Assembly: GCA_963733035.1 (NCBI GenBank) | Contig: CAVTBU010000008.1 | Location: 160,001-224,000, forward strand | DNA length: 64,000 nt | Direction: 5' to 3' | Origin: Pirellulales bacterium | Lineage (GTDB): Bacteria; Planctomycetota; Planctomycetia; Pirellulales; PALSA-1355 | Shown here: in pieces, positions 55,078-64,000 of the stretch | Layout: the number at the start of each line of letters is the position of its first letter | Position numbering within the stretch: the stretch's first letter is position 1 | Made by a program: the position numbers and the translations under genes | Notes under the pieces: model-generated | Databases searched by the model: none | Seen by the model: the letters and a program-made list of their open reading frames with translations, nothing else | What the model was told of the DNA's origin: nothing

Positions 55078-55658
55078 CTTGTGTCCCTTTAATTCACACA
55101 TGTGGTCAGCGGCCACGCCGTCTTTTGAATGCGAAATCCGCGGGTCTTTCCCACTTCGTTCCTTTCAAATTTGCCCGCTTGAAATCGGGCCAGCACCTGG
55201 TGCACAATCGCGAGCAGTCCGGTGGCCTGCGTGGCCAAGCGAGGACGTTAATCCTGGGGCGTAGGATCGGCTTGTCTGAGCCCCGGCGCAAGCATGCATG
55301 CGATTCGGTGAACAACGTTTCGCGGCCGCTTATGTCCTCGACCCATGCTCCTCCGATCGCCAGCGCTAGCTGCAGATAGCGCTCGGTGTGGGAGGTCGTG
55401 CCGCGGGAGCTTTGCCCAAGTCTCAGGCGTGTCCCGATCGGCGGGAACGGCGTACGGTTGGAAACGACCGCCTGAGCAAAAACGGGTGGCCGTTCCGCGT
55501 GCCGCTGTTCTCGGTCGATGGTCGAGGAGTGGTCAACTAACCCTTAACAAGCGTTTCAGAGTCCAATCCCGGCTCAACCGGGCCAGCGGCACCATTTTTA
55601 TTTCTTCGCCAGCGCCGCTGCGCGCTTGCTCCGCGCGCTCGTATCCCTTGCCTCTTCA

Positions 55659-55744
55659 CTTTGTGACTTCGTGCCTTGGTGGTAAATCCCTTGCTTGGAC
55701 TTTACGACAGAAGAATCAACCACCAAGGCACCAAGAACACAAAG
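55659..55744. repeat. imperfect 25/26-bp inverted repeat (REP-like)
   Basis: CTTTGTGACTTCGTGCCTTGGTGGT (55659-55683) and ACCACCAAGGCACCAAGAACACAAAG (55719-55744). Confidence 0.7.
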
Positions 55745-55944
55745 AAGGAAAAAATGACGGGGCGAAGGCAATGCTACCGGGGGACGCGTCTCATCCTTGG
55801 ATTGCCGCGGCCTGCTTTCAGATACGAATGTTTCACCATCAACTCGCGGCCGTCGCGCCCCAGACGCTTGCCCACTGGGTCGGCTTGAACCACAATCAGA
55901 CCAGTCGGTGGCACTCACGCTTGAACTCTGGCTGGAAAATCACC

Positions 55945-56859
55945 ATGCATCGTTGCCTTGGCCTGCTTCTCTGTTGTCTCGTGTTGGGAGGTATCGCCCG
56001 CGCCGCCGAGGAGGATCCTTTCACTCGCCGCGAGGACGTGATCTATGGCCGCAAGTTCGGCACCGCCCTGACGATGGACGTCTTCACGCCCAAGGAGAAA
56101 CCGAACGGGGCAGGGGTGATCTGGACCGTCAGTGGCGGCTGGTTCTCGTCGCACGAGCATATCAATCTCGACTTTTTGCGCGAGCTCTTGTCGCGCGGCT
56201 ACACGGTGTTTGCCGTGGTGCATGGCAGCCAGCCAAAATACACGGTTCCCGAGGCGGTGGCCGACATGACCACCGCGGTGCGCTACATCCGCGCGCACGC
56301 CAAGGAGTTCGGCATCGATCCGAACCGCATCGGCATCACCGGCGGTTCGGCCGGCGGCCACCTCTCGCTGATGATTGGCACGGCCAGCACGCCGGCCGAT
56401 CCCAACGCCGACGAGGACGACCTGGTGGCCAATACCGACAGCCGCGTGCAAGCCGTCGCCTGTTTCTTCCCGCCAACCGACTTTCTCAACTACGGCACTC
56501 CCGGGTTTGCGTGGCTGAACCAGGGTCCCAAGGATCCGCTCCGTGCCGCGTTCGACTTCGAGCAATGGAATCCGGAGCGAAAATACTTCGAAGCGGTCGA
56601 TGAACCGACGCGCCGCGAAATCGCCAAACAAATCTCCCCCGCCTATCACGTCACGAGCGACGATCCGCCCACGCTGATCATCCACGGCGACCGGGACTAC
56701 CTGGTACCGCTCCAGCAGTCGGAGTTGATGATCGAAAAATTCAAGGCGGCCGGCGTCCCCTGCGAACTCGTCGTGAAAAAGGGGGAGGGGCACGGCTGGA
56801 AGAACTGGCAAGACGACATGCGGACGATTGCCGATTGGTTTGATAAGTATTTGAAATGA
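55945..56859 (+). CDS. secreted alpha/beta hydrolase (esterase, BD-FAE-like)
   Basis: Signal MHRCLGLLLCC; SGGW, GGSAGGHL, PTLIIHGDRDYLVP, GEGHGW. Confidence 0.9.
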   Translation: MHRCLGLLLCCLVLGGIARAAEEDPFTRREDVIYGRKFGTALTMDVFTPKEKPNGAGVIWTVSGGWFSSHEHINLDFLRELLSRGYTVFAVVHGSQPKYTVPEAVADMTTAVRYIRAHAKEFGIDPNRIGITGGSAGGHLSLMIGTASTPADPNADEDDLVANTDSRVQAVACFFPPTDFLNYGTPGFAWLNQGPKDPLRAAFDFEQWNPERKYFEAVDEPTRREIAKQISPAYHVTSDDPPTLIIHGDRDYLVPLQQSELMIEKFKAAGVPCELVVKKGEGHGWKNWQDDMRTIADWFDKYLK

Positions 56860-56952
56860 ATGTTTGGAGTGAACCGAGTCAACGGAATTCAGCGTGGTAA
56901 CGCGACGCGCGGCGAACGGGTCGACCGCGAACTTGAGAAACGAAGTCACATC

Positions 56953-56987
56953 AAAAAAGGGGCCGGAAGCACATGCTCCCGGCCCCT
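56953..56987 (-). terminator. Rho-independent terminator of the PqaA-like gene
   Basis: Minus strand GGGGCCGGAGCA..TGCTTCCGGCCCC followed by T6. Confidence 0.8.
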
Positions 56988-57009
56988 GCGTTGCTACCCC
57001 GTGCTTCGC

Positions 57010-58437
57010 TCAGTTGCCGCCGGCGGTTGTGGCGGCCGAGTCGATCGGCGGCGTGGGCTGCTTGTATTCGTGAGGCAGCACGTCCGGCACGACTTTCACG
57101 CGCGTGGTGACCTTCAAGGGCGGCGAACCCGGGTTCGCGTAAGTCAATTCGATCATGTAGGCCGTATAGCCTTCGGCCGGCTTTTCGACGCCGCCCGAAT
57201 AGCTGCCGTCGGCACTGGCCTCGAGCGACTTGCTCTTCCACACGCGGCCGATGCGATCGACGCGGAAGTCGCGGGTCTTGGGATTCGTGGCATGCCACAA
57301 CTTGACGGCCGTCGGCTTTTGATCGCTCGTCACGCGCATCGAGTCGTCATCCTTGACTTCCCAGGAATACACCGGAAGTTTGGTACCGTTGATCACCGAG
57401 TTGTAAAACGAAAGCAGCGTGAACGGCACGTCGGTTCCGCGCAGGCTATGCTCGGCATTGGGCACATAGCGGAGGTACTTCGGCGCGGGCAGATCGTCCC
57501 AATAGAACTGCGACGAATCAGGCAGGAAGAACTGATCGCCCGTGGCGTTGACAACGTACTTGGGCATCGTCAGCCGGCTTCGATATTCGTACGGCTCGAC
57601 GATCTTCATCAGGGCCGCGTACTGCGGCGAACCGCTCCACTGCATGATCTTTTCGGCCGTGTAGTCGCCGACGGCCGGAGCCCAAAAGCCGTAGGCTTTC
57701 CAGTGATGCTCGAACGACGGGACGATGTTGAGCATGTCGATTACCAGTGGCACGATGCCCACCACGCGGTTGTCCACGCACGCGGTCGTCCAGGTGGTCC
57801 AGCCGCGCTTCGAGCCGCCGCAGACGACGAACTTGTCGACCTTTACCTTGCCCCCTTCGTCGGTGGCGCAAAAATCGGTGACGGTGTCCATCGCTCGCAC
57901 GGCCGCCTTGGTCATCGGCAGGCGAGCCGGCCACTTCGTGTCGCCCGTGCGGAGGAACTTGTCCCAGGTGTAGGCAATCAGCGAGTCTTCGGTCCGCTTG
58001 CGGGTTTCGCCGTTAAAGACCACCGGCTCATTGGGAACCATCTTCAATTCGGTGACGACCGAATTGCTCCCTTTGGCCAGCTCGGAAGTCAATGGATCGA
58101 CCTTGTCCGGAGGCGCGCCCCCGTTGCTCCCTCCCGAAATGTAGAGCAGACCGAGCGAGGTTTGCACGTTGTCGGGTCGGGTGACGATCATCCAATGTTT
58201 CCACACCGGCTGGTCAACTTCATCGGTCGACAGCCAGGTTTGCGAGGTCATCTCAAGCACGTAGGTCGTGAAACCGTCGCCGGGAAGCGTATTGATCAGC
58301 TTGTAGCTGTAGGTCGGGTCCGGTTTGGCCACGTATTCGTCGAGCGGCGTGCGCTCCTCTCCGGGAGCGGCACCCATGAACAGGACGCAAACGAACAGTA
58401 GCAGGGCAGGTGCCCATCGATCAGCGAGGCGATGCAT
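57010..58437 (-). CDS. PhoPQ-activated pathogenicity-related (PqaA) family hydrolase
   Basis: MTSQTW, RTEDSLIAYTW, PMTKAAVRAMD, GGSKRGWTTW, DQFFLPD, VPNAEH. Confidence 0.88.
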   Translation of the reverse strand: MHRLADRWAPALLLFVCVLFMGAAPGEERTPLDEYVAKPDPTYSYKLINTLPGDGFTTYVLEMTSQTWLSTDEVDQPVWKHWMIVTRPDNVQTSLGLLYISGGSNGGAPPDKVDPLTSELAKGSNSVVTELKMVPNEPVVFNGETRKRTEDSLIAYTWDKFLRTGDTKWPARLPMTKAAVRAMDTVTDFCATDEGGKVKVDKFVVCGGSKRGWTTWTTACVDNRVVGIVPLVIDMLNIVPSFEHHWKAYGFWAPAVGDYTAEKIMQWSGSPQYAALMKIVEPYEYRSRLTMPKYVVNATGDQFFLPDSSQFYWDDLPAPKYLRYVPNAEHSLRGTDVPFTLLSFYNSVINGTKLPVYSWEVKDDDSMRVTSDQKPTAVKLWHATNPKTRDFRVDRIGRVWKSKSLEASADGSYSGGVEKPAEGYTAYMIELTYANPGSPPLKVTTRVKVVPDVLPHEYKQPTPPIDSAATTAGGN

Positions 58438-58650
58438 GGCGGCGGGTCCTCATATCACTCGGGAAGCCGGAAGGAGAGAAACGTCCAGAGAACGCAGAAC
58501 TTGCAATGTAACTACCCGCGGGGTCAGGCTCAATCGATCACCGAAAAAACCGGCCGCAAGGCTGACTTAACCCGAGCTACTCGATGCGTCTAGCCGCGGT
58601 GTGAGTTCGACGGACCCAGGGAGCGGCTGCCTGCCGGTTCGCCCGCCAGA

Positions 58651-58680
58651 TTGACTTTGGCCGGCCGCCAATGCTAGAAT
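58651..58680 (+). promoter_or_regulatory. sigma70-like promoter
   Basis: TTGACT-N18-TAGAAT with extended -10 TG. Confidence 0.55.
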
Positions 58681-58750
58681 CCGCTTCCGATCAAGGATGG
58701 TTGATGCGTTTCGAATCGGCCCAAGTTCCTTGGAGTAGGGAGGGGGGAAC

Positions 58751-60130
58751 ATGTTACGGATCGATGCGGGAAGATCGGGTCGCTATTGCGACGGAATGAG
58801 CAGGCGTAGCTTCGTGCAGCTGGGCGTGGCCGGCATGGCCAGCATCGGGCTGCCGCAGATTCTGCGAGCCAAGGAGGCCTCGCGTCTGGCAGGACATCCT
58901 GGCAAAGACACGGCCGTCATCATGCTGTGGCTCGACGGCGGGCCCTCGCACATGGACACCTACGACCTCAAGCCGCAAGCTCCCCCCGAGTATCGCGGTC
59001 TGTGGAACCCAATCCGCACGAACGTGCCGGGAATCGAAATCACGGAATTGTTTCCGCGACAAGCCAAAATCGCCGACAAGTTCTCGATCATTCGCTCGCT
59101 GCACCACGACAACGGCGACCACTTTACCGGCGGTCACTACATGCTCACCTCGCGCGGCGGCGCCAGCGGCGCGGACACGACGGGCAAATACCCGTCGATC
59201 GGTTCGATCGCCACCAAGCTGCTGGGCCCGCGCAAGTCGGGCATGCCGGCCTATGCGGCCGTTCCCTATGCGGCCAGCATTGGACTGCGTCCCGGCTACT
59301 TCGGCGCCAACTACCTGGGCAATTCGTACAACCCGTTCGAAACTAACGGCGATCCCAACGCGGCCGATTTCAAAGTCGACAACATCCAGCTTTCCGGCTC
59401 GATGACCATCGACCGCCTGGAAGACCGCCGCGGGCTGCTCGCTCATTTCGATCGCTTGCGGCGAGACATGGACACGTCCGGCGCCATGGAAACGATGGAC
59501 CAGTTCGACCACAGAGCCTACGAGATGGTCGCCGGCGGCGCAGCGCGCAAAGCGTTCGACATTGCCAGCGAGGACGAGGCGACGCGCGACCTGTATGGAC
59601 GTCACAGCTGGGGCCAAAGCACGCTCCTGGCCCGCCGGTTGGTCGAGGCAGGTTCTACCTGGGTCACGGTGCACATGGGCGGCTGGGACCACCACTGGGA
59701 TCTGAAAACCGGCTACGAGCGCAATCTGCCGATCGTCGACGCCCTGGTCTCGGCGCTATTGGTCGACCTCGAGCAGCGCGGCATGCTCGAAAAGACGATG
59801 GTCATTCTCTGTGGCGAGTTCAGCCGGACGCCACGCATGAACGACGGCGGCAACGGCGGCCCAGCAGGGAGCATGGGGACGCCCGGCCGCGATCACTGGG
59901 GTAACGCCCTCAGCGTACTGATCGGCGGCGGAGGTATTCAAGGCGGCCGCGTCGTCGGCGCGACAAACCGATTGGGCGAAGTGCCCAGCGACCGCCCGCT
60001 CGAACCGTGCGACCTGCACGCCACGATCTACCATTGCCTGGGCATCGATCCGTCCACGCACTTCCTCAACCTGGCCGGCCGGCCCGTGCCGGTGATCGAC
60101 CGCGGGGAAGTCATTTCGGAACTGCTGTAG
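58751..60130 (+). CDS. DUF1501 domain protein
   Basis: YCDGMSRRSFV, WLDGGPSHMDTYDLKP, LLARRLVEAG, WDHH, GEFSRTP, GRDHW. Confidence 0.92.
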   Translation: MLRIDAGRSGRYCDGMSRRSFVQLGVAGMASIGLPQILRAKEASRLAGHPGKDTAVIMLWLDGGPSHMDTYDLKPQAPPEYRGLWNPIRTNVPGIEITELFPRQAKIADKFSIIRSLHHDNGDHFTGGHYMLTSRGGASGADTTGKYPSIGSIATKLLGPRKSGMPAYAAVPYAASIGLRPGYFGANYLGNSYNPFETNGDPNAADFKVDNIQLSGSMTIDRLEDRRGLLAHFDRLRRDMDTSGAMETMDQFDHRAYEMVAGGAARKAFDIASEDEATRDLYGRHSWGQSTLLARRLVEAGSTWVTVHMGGWDHHWDLKTGYERNLPIVDALVSALLVDLEQRGMLEKTMVILCGEFSRTPRMNDGGNGGPAGSMGTPGRDHWGNALSVLIGGGGIQGGRVVGATNRLGEVPSDRPLEPCDLHATIYHCLGIDPSTHFLNLAGRPVPVIDRGEVISELL

Positions 60131-60169
60131 CCTGCCGGCCTTCGGCACCAGCGCGATAACGTTCGACCG

Positions 60170-61102
60170 CTACGCTTCTTGCGGCGCGGCGCCGATTTCG
60201 GCCAGGTAGCCTTCGATCTGTTCGCGGTGTTCCGGGCGGAATCGCTGGAACGGCTCGGCCATAAAGTCGTCGCAGATGGCCAGGCAGGACAGGGCGCATT
60301 TCAGGCCCTTGATAAACGCCGAACCATGTTGGCCGACCGAGTAGATCGTCTGGCCGATGCGGAGCACCTGCGCGTGCAGTTTAAGCACGGTCTCGATCTG
60401 GCCCGTGGCTGCCGCCTCGTACAGGTCAACGTAAAGTCTGGGAAACAGATTCGCTCCGCCGCACACGCCGCCGTGCGCTCCGAACAAGACCGACTCTCCC
60501 AACAGCTCCTCCGGACCGACGAGCAGCGAAAAATCAGGCCGCGCCGCGCAAATCGACCGAAGCTTGTGAAAGTAGATCATTTGCGCCGAACTGTCTTTCA
60601 GGCCCACGACATTGGGAATTTGCAACGCCTCACGGACCGTGTGCGGATCGAACGTGATCTTCGTGTGGCTCGGCATGTTGTACAGAAACATCGGTAGCGG
60701 CAGGTCGGCTGCAATGTCCTGAACGTATTCGAGCAGCTCCGGCTGTCCGGCCGGAAAATAATAGGGTGCCGAAAGGACGACACCCTGAGCGCCGGCCTCG
60801 GCGGCGTGGTTGGCCAGATGAACCGTTTCGGCGTAAGACGTGTCGGTCACGCCGACCAGCACCGGTATGCGACCGGCCACTTGACGGCAGACTTGCGTAA
60901 CCAGCTCATGCCGCAAACGATAGCTAAGACTCGGAGCTTCGCCGGTCGTTCCGAGGATAAACAACCCATGCACACCGCCGCCGAGCAGGTGGTCGACAAG
61001 CCGCTCGGTGCCGGAGACGTCGAGCGTGTCGCGATCGGACAGGGGGGTGACCATGGGCGGAACGATGCCACGTAGCGGAATCGGCAGGGGAGACGCACTC
61101 AC
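60170..61102 (-). CDS. dihydrodipicolinate synthase / N-acetylneuraminate lyase family protein
   Basis: GIVPPMVTP, LGTTGEA, APYY, LYNMP, GLKDSS. Confidence 0.92.
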   Translation of the reverse strand: MSASPLPIPLRGIVPPMVTPLSDRDTLDVSGTERLVDHLLGGGVHGLFILGTTGEAPSLSYRLRHELVTQVCRQVAGRIPVLVGVTDTSYAETVHLANHAAEAGAQGVVLSAPYYFPAGQPELLEYVQDIAADLPLPMFLYNMPSHTKITFDPHTVREALQIPNVVGLKDSSAQMIYFHKLRSICAARPDFSLLVGPEELLGESVLFGAHGGVCGGANLFPRLYVDLYEAAATGQIETVLKLHAQVLRIGQTIYSVGQHGSAFIKGLKCALSCLAICDDFMAEPFQRFRPEHREQIEGYLAEIGAAPQEA

Positions 61103-61262
61103 GGTCCAGTTTCCTCACAGGTCGATTCGAGGGACTCAAACCATTCGAGTATGACGAGCGAGAGCAATACTGGCCAGCCCCGCTCGGGCCCGAAAGAAAC
61201 CTCATGCGGCTGAAAGTTTTGTAGCCCTTTAGCCGCCGGCACGCATGCAGTAGATTCTATAT

Positions 61263-62225
61263 GTGACCCACCACGAATCTGCACTCGCCACCGACCCGCT
61301 CTCGGCCGCCGACCCTCCGGCTGACCCGTCGGACGGCCAACCCCTGCTCCCCTACGTGTGGATGCTCTCGGGCTCGCTCGCCTTCTCCGGAATGGCCACG
61401 CTGGCTCATGCATTGGCCGGTCGCTGCGACTGGGAGCTAGTGGCAACGATTCGCGCCGGTCTGGCGTTGGTCTTTGCCACCGTGCTGGCCCTGAAAGCCG
61501 GGGCACGCATGGCGTTCCTTCGACCGCGGATTCTCTGGGTTCGCAGCATCGCCGGGACAATTAGTCTGCTGTGTACCTTTTATGCACTGCCTCGACTACC
61601 GATTTCCGACGTGCTCACGCTGACGAACATGTTTCCTGTCTGGGTGGCGCTGCTCTCCTGGCCGCTGGCAGGCGAGCGCCCCACCAAAGATGCCTGGGTG
61701 GCCATCGGCGTGGGCTTAGTCGGCGTGGTGCTGGTCACCCAGCCTCATTTCGCCGGGTCGGCGCCAATGCCGGTGCTGGCGGCCGTGACCGCGTCGTTCA
61801 GCACCTCGATCGCCATGCTTGGGTTGCATCGGCTCCGCGACGTCGATCCGCGGGCAATCGTGGCACACTTCTCGGGCGTATCACTGGTTGCCTGTCTGAT
61901 CCTGATGCTGCTCGACCCGGTCGATTCGTGGGCCGGGTCGAACCTTGAAACCACGACGCTGTTGATGTTGGCTGGCCTGGGTGTATGTGCCACCATCGGG
62001 CAATTGTTCCTCACAAAGGCCTTTGCCGCGGGGCCGCCGGCACGCGTATCGGTGGTGGCACTCACGCAAGTTGGATTTGCCTTGCTATTCGACATGGCAA
62101 TTTGGGGGCGCACTTTTAGCCCTCTATCATTGGCCGGCATCGTTCTGGTGATGGCGCCTACGGCATGGTTGCTCGTCACACAGCGGCTCGACACGGACCT
62201 TTCCATTGAGCCTCCGGCATCTTAG
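61263..62225 (+). CDS. DMT/EamA family transporter
   Basis: About 10 TM helices; LWVRSIAG, PVWVALLSWPLAGE, GQLFLTKAF. Confidence 0.88.
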   Translation: MTHHESALATDPLSAADPPADPSDGQPLLPYVWMLSGSLAFSGMATLAHALAGRCDWELVATIRAGLALVFATVLALKAGARMAFLRPRILWVRSIAGTISLLCTFYALPRLPISDVLTLTNMFPVWVALLSWPLAGERPTKDAWVAIGVGLVGVVLVTQPHFAGSAPMPVLAAVTASFSTSIAMLGLHRLRDVDPRAIVAHFSGVSLVACLILMLLDPVDSWAGSNLETTTLLMLAGLGVCATIGQLFLTKAFAAGPPARVSVVALTQVGFALLFDMAIWGRTFSPLSLAGIVLVMAPTAWLLVTQRLDTDLSIEPPAS

Positions 62226-62266
62226 GATAGACGCGTACGCATTCGAGCATCGATGCCGGGCTTCGC

Positions 62267-62839
62267 ATGATGGACGACACCGTGACCAGCCTTCAAGCGC
62301 ATATTTTGATCGCCACGCCCGAACTAGCGGAACCGTTTACGCGGAGCGTCGTGCTGCTCGTTCGTCACAACGAGGATGGCGCGCTGGGCCTGATTCTCAA
62401 TCGCCGTACCAGCGCCGACCTCAAAGACGCCTGGGACAAGCTCAGCGAAGTGCCCTGCCAGCTCGAGACGTCCATTTTTCTGGGTGGCCCCTGCGAAGGT
62501 CCGCTGGTCGCGCTGCACACGCACGAGTTTCTGCTTGAGATGGAAGTCATGCCCGGCCTCTATTTCTGTGCGGGCAAGGACAAACTCGAAACGTTGGCCT
62601 CGCAAACCGAGGACGGACAGCCCACGGCAAAATTCTTTGCCGGCTACGCCGGTTGGGCACCGGGTCAACTCGAGGGAGAAATTGCCCGGGGGAGCTGGTC
62701 GGTAATGCCCGCCAAGCCGGAGCACGTTTTTTGCCACGAAGACGAGCTCTGGACCCGAACGACGCGATTCGTGGCAGACTCCGCGTGGCGGTCGGCGCTC
62801 GGAATCACCCACGTCCCCAGTGACTTGCGGGAAAACTGA
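62267..62839 (+). CDS. YqgE/AlgH family protein
   Basis: LIATP, FTRSVVLL, GALGLILNR, GGP, GYAGWAPGQLEGEI. Confidence 0.93.
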   Translation: MMDDTVTSLQAHILIATPELAEPFTRSVVLLVRHNEDGALGLILNRRTSADLKDAWDKLSEVPCQLETSIFLGGPCEGPLVALHTHEFLLEMEVMPGLYFCAGKDKLETLASQTEDGQPTAKFFAGYAGWAPGQLEGEIARGSWSVMPAKPEHVFCHEDELWTRTTRFVADSAWRSALGITHVPSDLREN

Positions 62840-62946
62840 GGCGAACGTGGGCTTCTGTTCCGCGAACAGTTGCGAGCGGCGCCATGCTCGCACAGACGCT
62901 AGTCTGGCATTCATGCACCCGTTGGTCGCTTTAACGCCTGGCCAAA

Positions 62947-63216
62947 TCAGGCCGCCATCCGGTGCGGTTCGATTTCCTCGAATAGGTTGACCGTCCGCAG
63001 CATGTTGCCGTCCGCGTCGTAAAACTGCACCAATCCCACGTCGATCATCCACATGGCGAGGAAGTCGTCGACGCGATAGCTGCGGGCCACGTAGCGGCCG
63101 TCGTCAAGCATGATTCGCTCATCGACGTCTTGCAGGGCGTCCTCGTCCACATCGAGTTCGAGAAACGTGCGGTGTACAATCGTACGGATTTGATCGGGCG
63201 TCGGTAGAACGGTCAT
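62947..63216 (-). CDS. small hypothetical protein (89 aa)
   Basis: AAGGAGG RBS; typical codon usage; ARSYR..AMW..VQFYDADGNMLRTVNL. Confidence 0.75.
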   Translation of the reverse strand: MTVLPTPDQIRTIVHRTFLELDVDEDALQDVDERIMLDDGRYVARSYRVDDFLAMWMIDVGLVQFYDADGNMLRTVNLFEEIEPHRMAA

Positions 63217-63555
63217 AAACGCAACCTCCTTGTTGCTTGGACCCGGCGGTCCGTGCCGGGCTCCACTCGGAATGCGAGAGTGTAGCGTGCGGCCTTGCTT
63301 TGATGAAGACGAGGTTTTCGCCGGACCGGCGATTTGGCCCGTGATATCATCTCCACGATATCAAGATCGGCCGTCGGCAAATCAGGTCTTGACGAATCCG
63401 CCCCCGGTAGGCCGAAACATCTGCGCTGCATCGACGCAAGTCGTTACGCTGCGCGGTCCACGTGCCTGTCAATGGTCATTTGACCGGGCGGGCGGCTGCT
63501 GTCATCTTGGTACAGGCGGCACACGTTCAAATGTTTTTCGAGGGGACCACGCCAG

Positions 63556-64000
63556 ATGGCTTCGCGAACGATCAGCGGCGTCGACGAATTACGTGGGTTG
63601 GTAGGCCAGGAGGTCGGACAAAGCGAATGGCTGACCGTCACTCAGGAAATAATCGACGCATTTGCGGCGGTGACGGGCGACCACCAATGGATTCATGTCG
63701 ATCGCCAGCGGGCTGCCAGCGAAAGTCCCTTCGGTACAACCATTGCCCACGGCTTCCTTACCCTCTCGCTAATCACCCAACTCCACAGCCAATCGGTATC
63801 CATCGAAGGCGGTAAAATGGGCCTGAATTACGGGCTCAATCGGGTCCGCTTCGTCAGCCCGGTGCGGGCTGGCGTTCGCATTCGTTCGCGCAGCAGTGTT
63901 CAGGCCGTAAACGATTTTCTAGGCGGCATTCAGGTGACCTGGAAGATCACGGTCGAAACCGAAAACGAACCCAAGCCGGCGATGGTCGCCGAGTGGTTGA
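63556..64000 (+). CDS. MaoC family dehydratase (3' truncated by the window edge)
   Basis: My translation: MASRTISGVDELRGLVGQEVGQSEW..FAAVTGDHQWIHVD..SPFGTTIAHGFLTLSL..NYGLNRVRFVSPV; GAGGGG RBS. Confidence 0.92.
   Translation, partial: MASRTISGVDELRGLVGQEVGQSEWLTVTQEIIDAFAAVTGDHQWIHVDRQRAASESPFGTTIAHGFLTLSLITQLHSQSVSIEGGKMGLNYGLNRVRFVSPVRAGVRIRSRSSVQAVNDFLGGIQVTWKITVETENEPKPAMVAEWL

Noticed and set aside
55085..55545. Broken minus-strand reading frames downstream of the LRR pair (possible gene remnant)
   Set aside because: Interrupted by stops, no start or RBS, and no recognisable family
55345..55944. 200-aa N-terminal extension of the alpha/beta hydrolase ORF
   Set aside because: Non-protein-like composition, runs through the inverted repeat, and a proper signal peptide begins at ATG 55945
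56860..58401. 513-aa plus-strand ORF (also 5111..6445, 20474..21445, 22583..23749, 25048..26031, 36626..37858 and 58754..59695)
   Set aside because: Antisense shadows of well-supported genes, common in high-GC DNA; no recognisable motifs

Overview
GC-rich bacterial chromosomal window, almost certainly from a planctomycete (Pirellulales-like), judged from four DUF1501 genes, a DUF1549/DUF1553 gene, DUF1570, DUF3500, a BBP7-like beta-barrel and LRR proteins. It holds about 50 genes. Housekeeping genes: glnB-glnD, mutM, trpBA, psd-pssA-ribE-rsmA, sthA, arfB, csrA. Also an RND efflux pair, Moco-related genes (MocA-like, XdhC, sulfite-oxidase-like) and many envelope or secreted proteins. I saw no rRNA, tRNA, CRISPR array, transposase or integrase. 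About a dozen genes are broken by frameshifts, most of them in CG/GC dinucleotide runs, which points to systematic sequencing error rather than pseudogenes. The best leads are: (i) a tri-domain FAAL-ACP-alpha-oxoamine synthase that could make a sphingoid-like aminolipid, beside a methyltransferase and an NAD-dependent reductase; (ii) an unannotated structured RNA with alternative terminator/antiterminator folds at about 49.93-50.07 kb; (iii) a tandem pair of LRR genes with a conserved 5' end, followed by a REP-like inverted repeat; (iv) a DUF1501 protein fused to a CBM-like domain; (v) a csrA gene with a sigma54-type promoter and a GGA-rich 3' UTR. All family assignments come from motif recognition by eye; no database searches were run.
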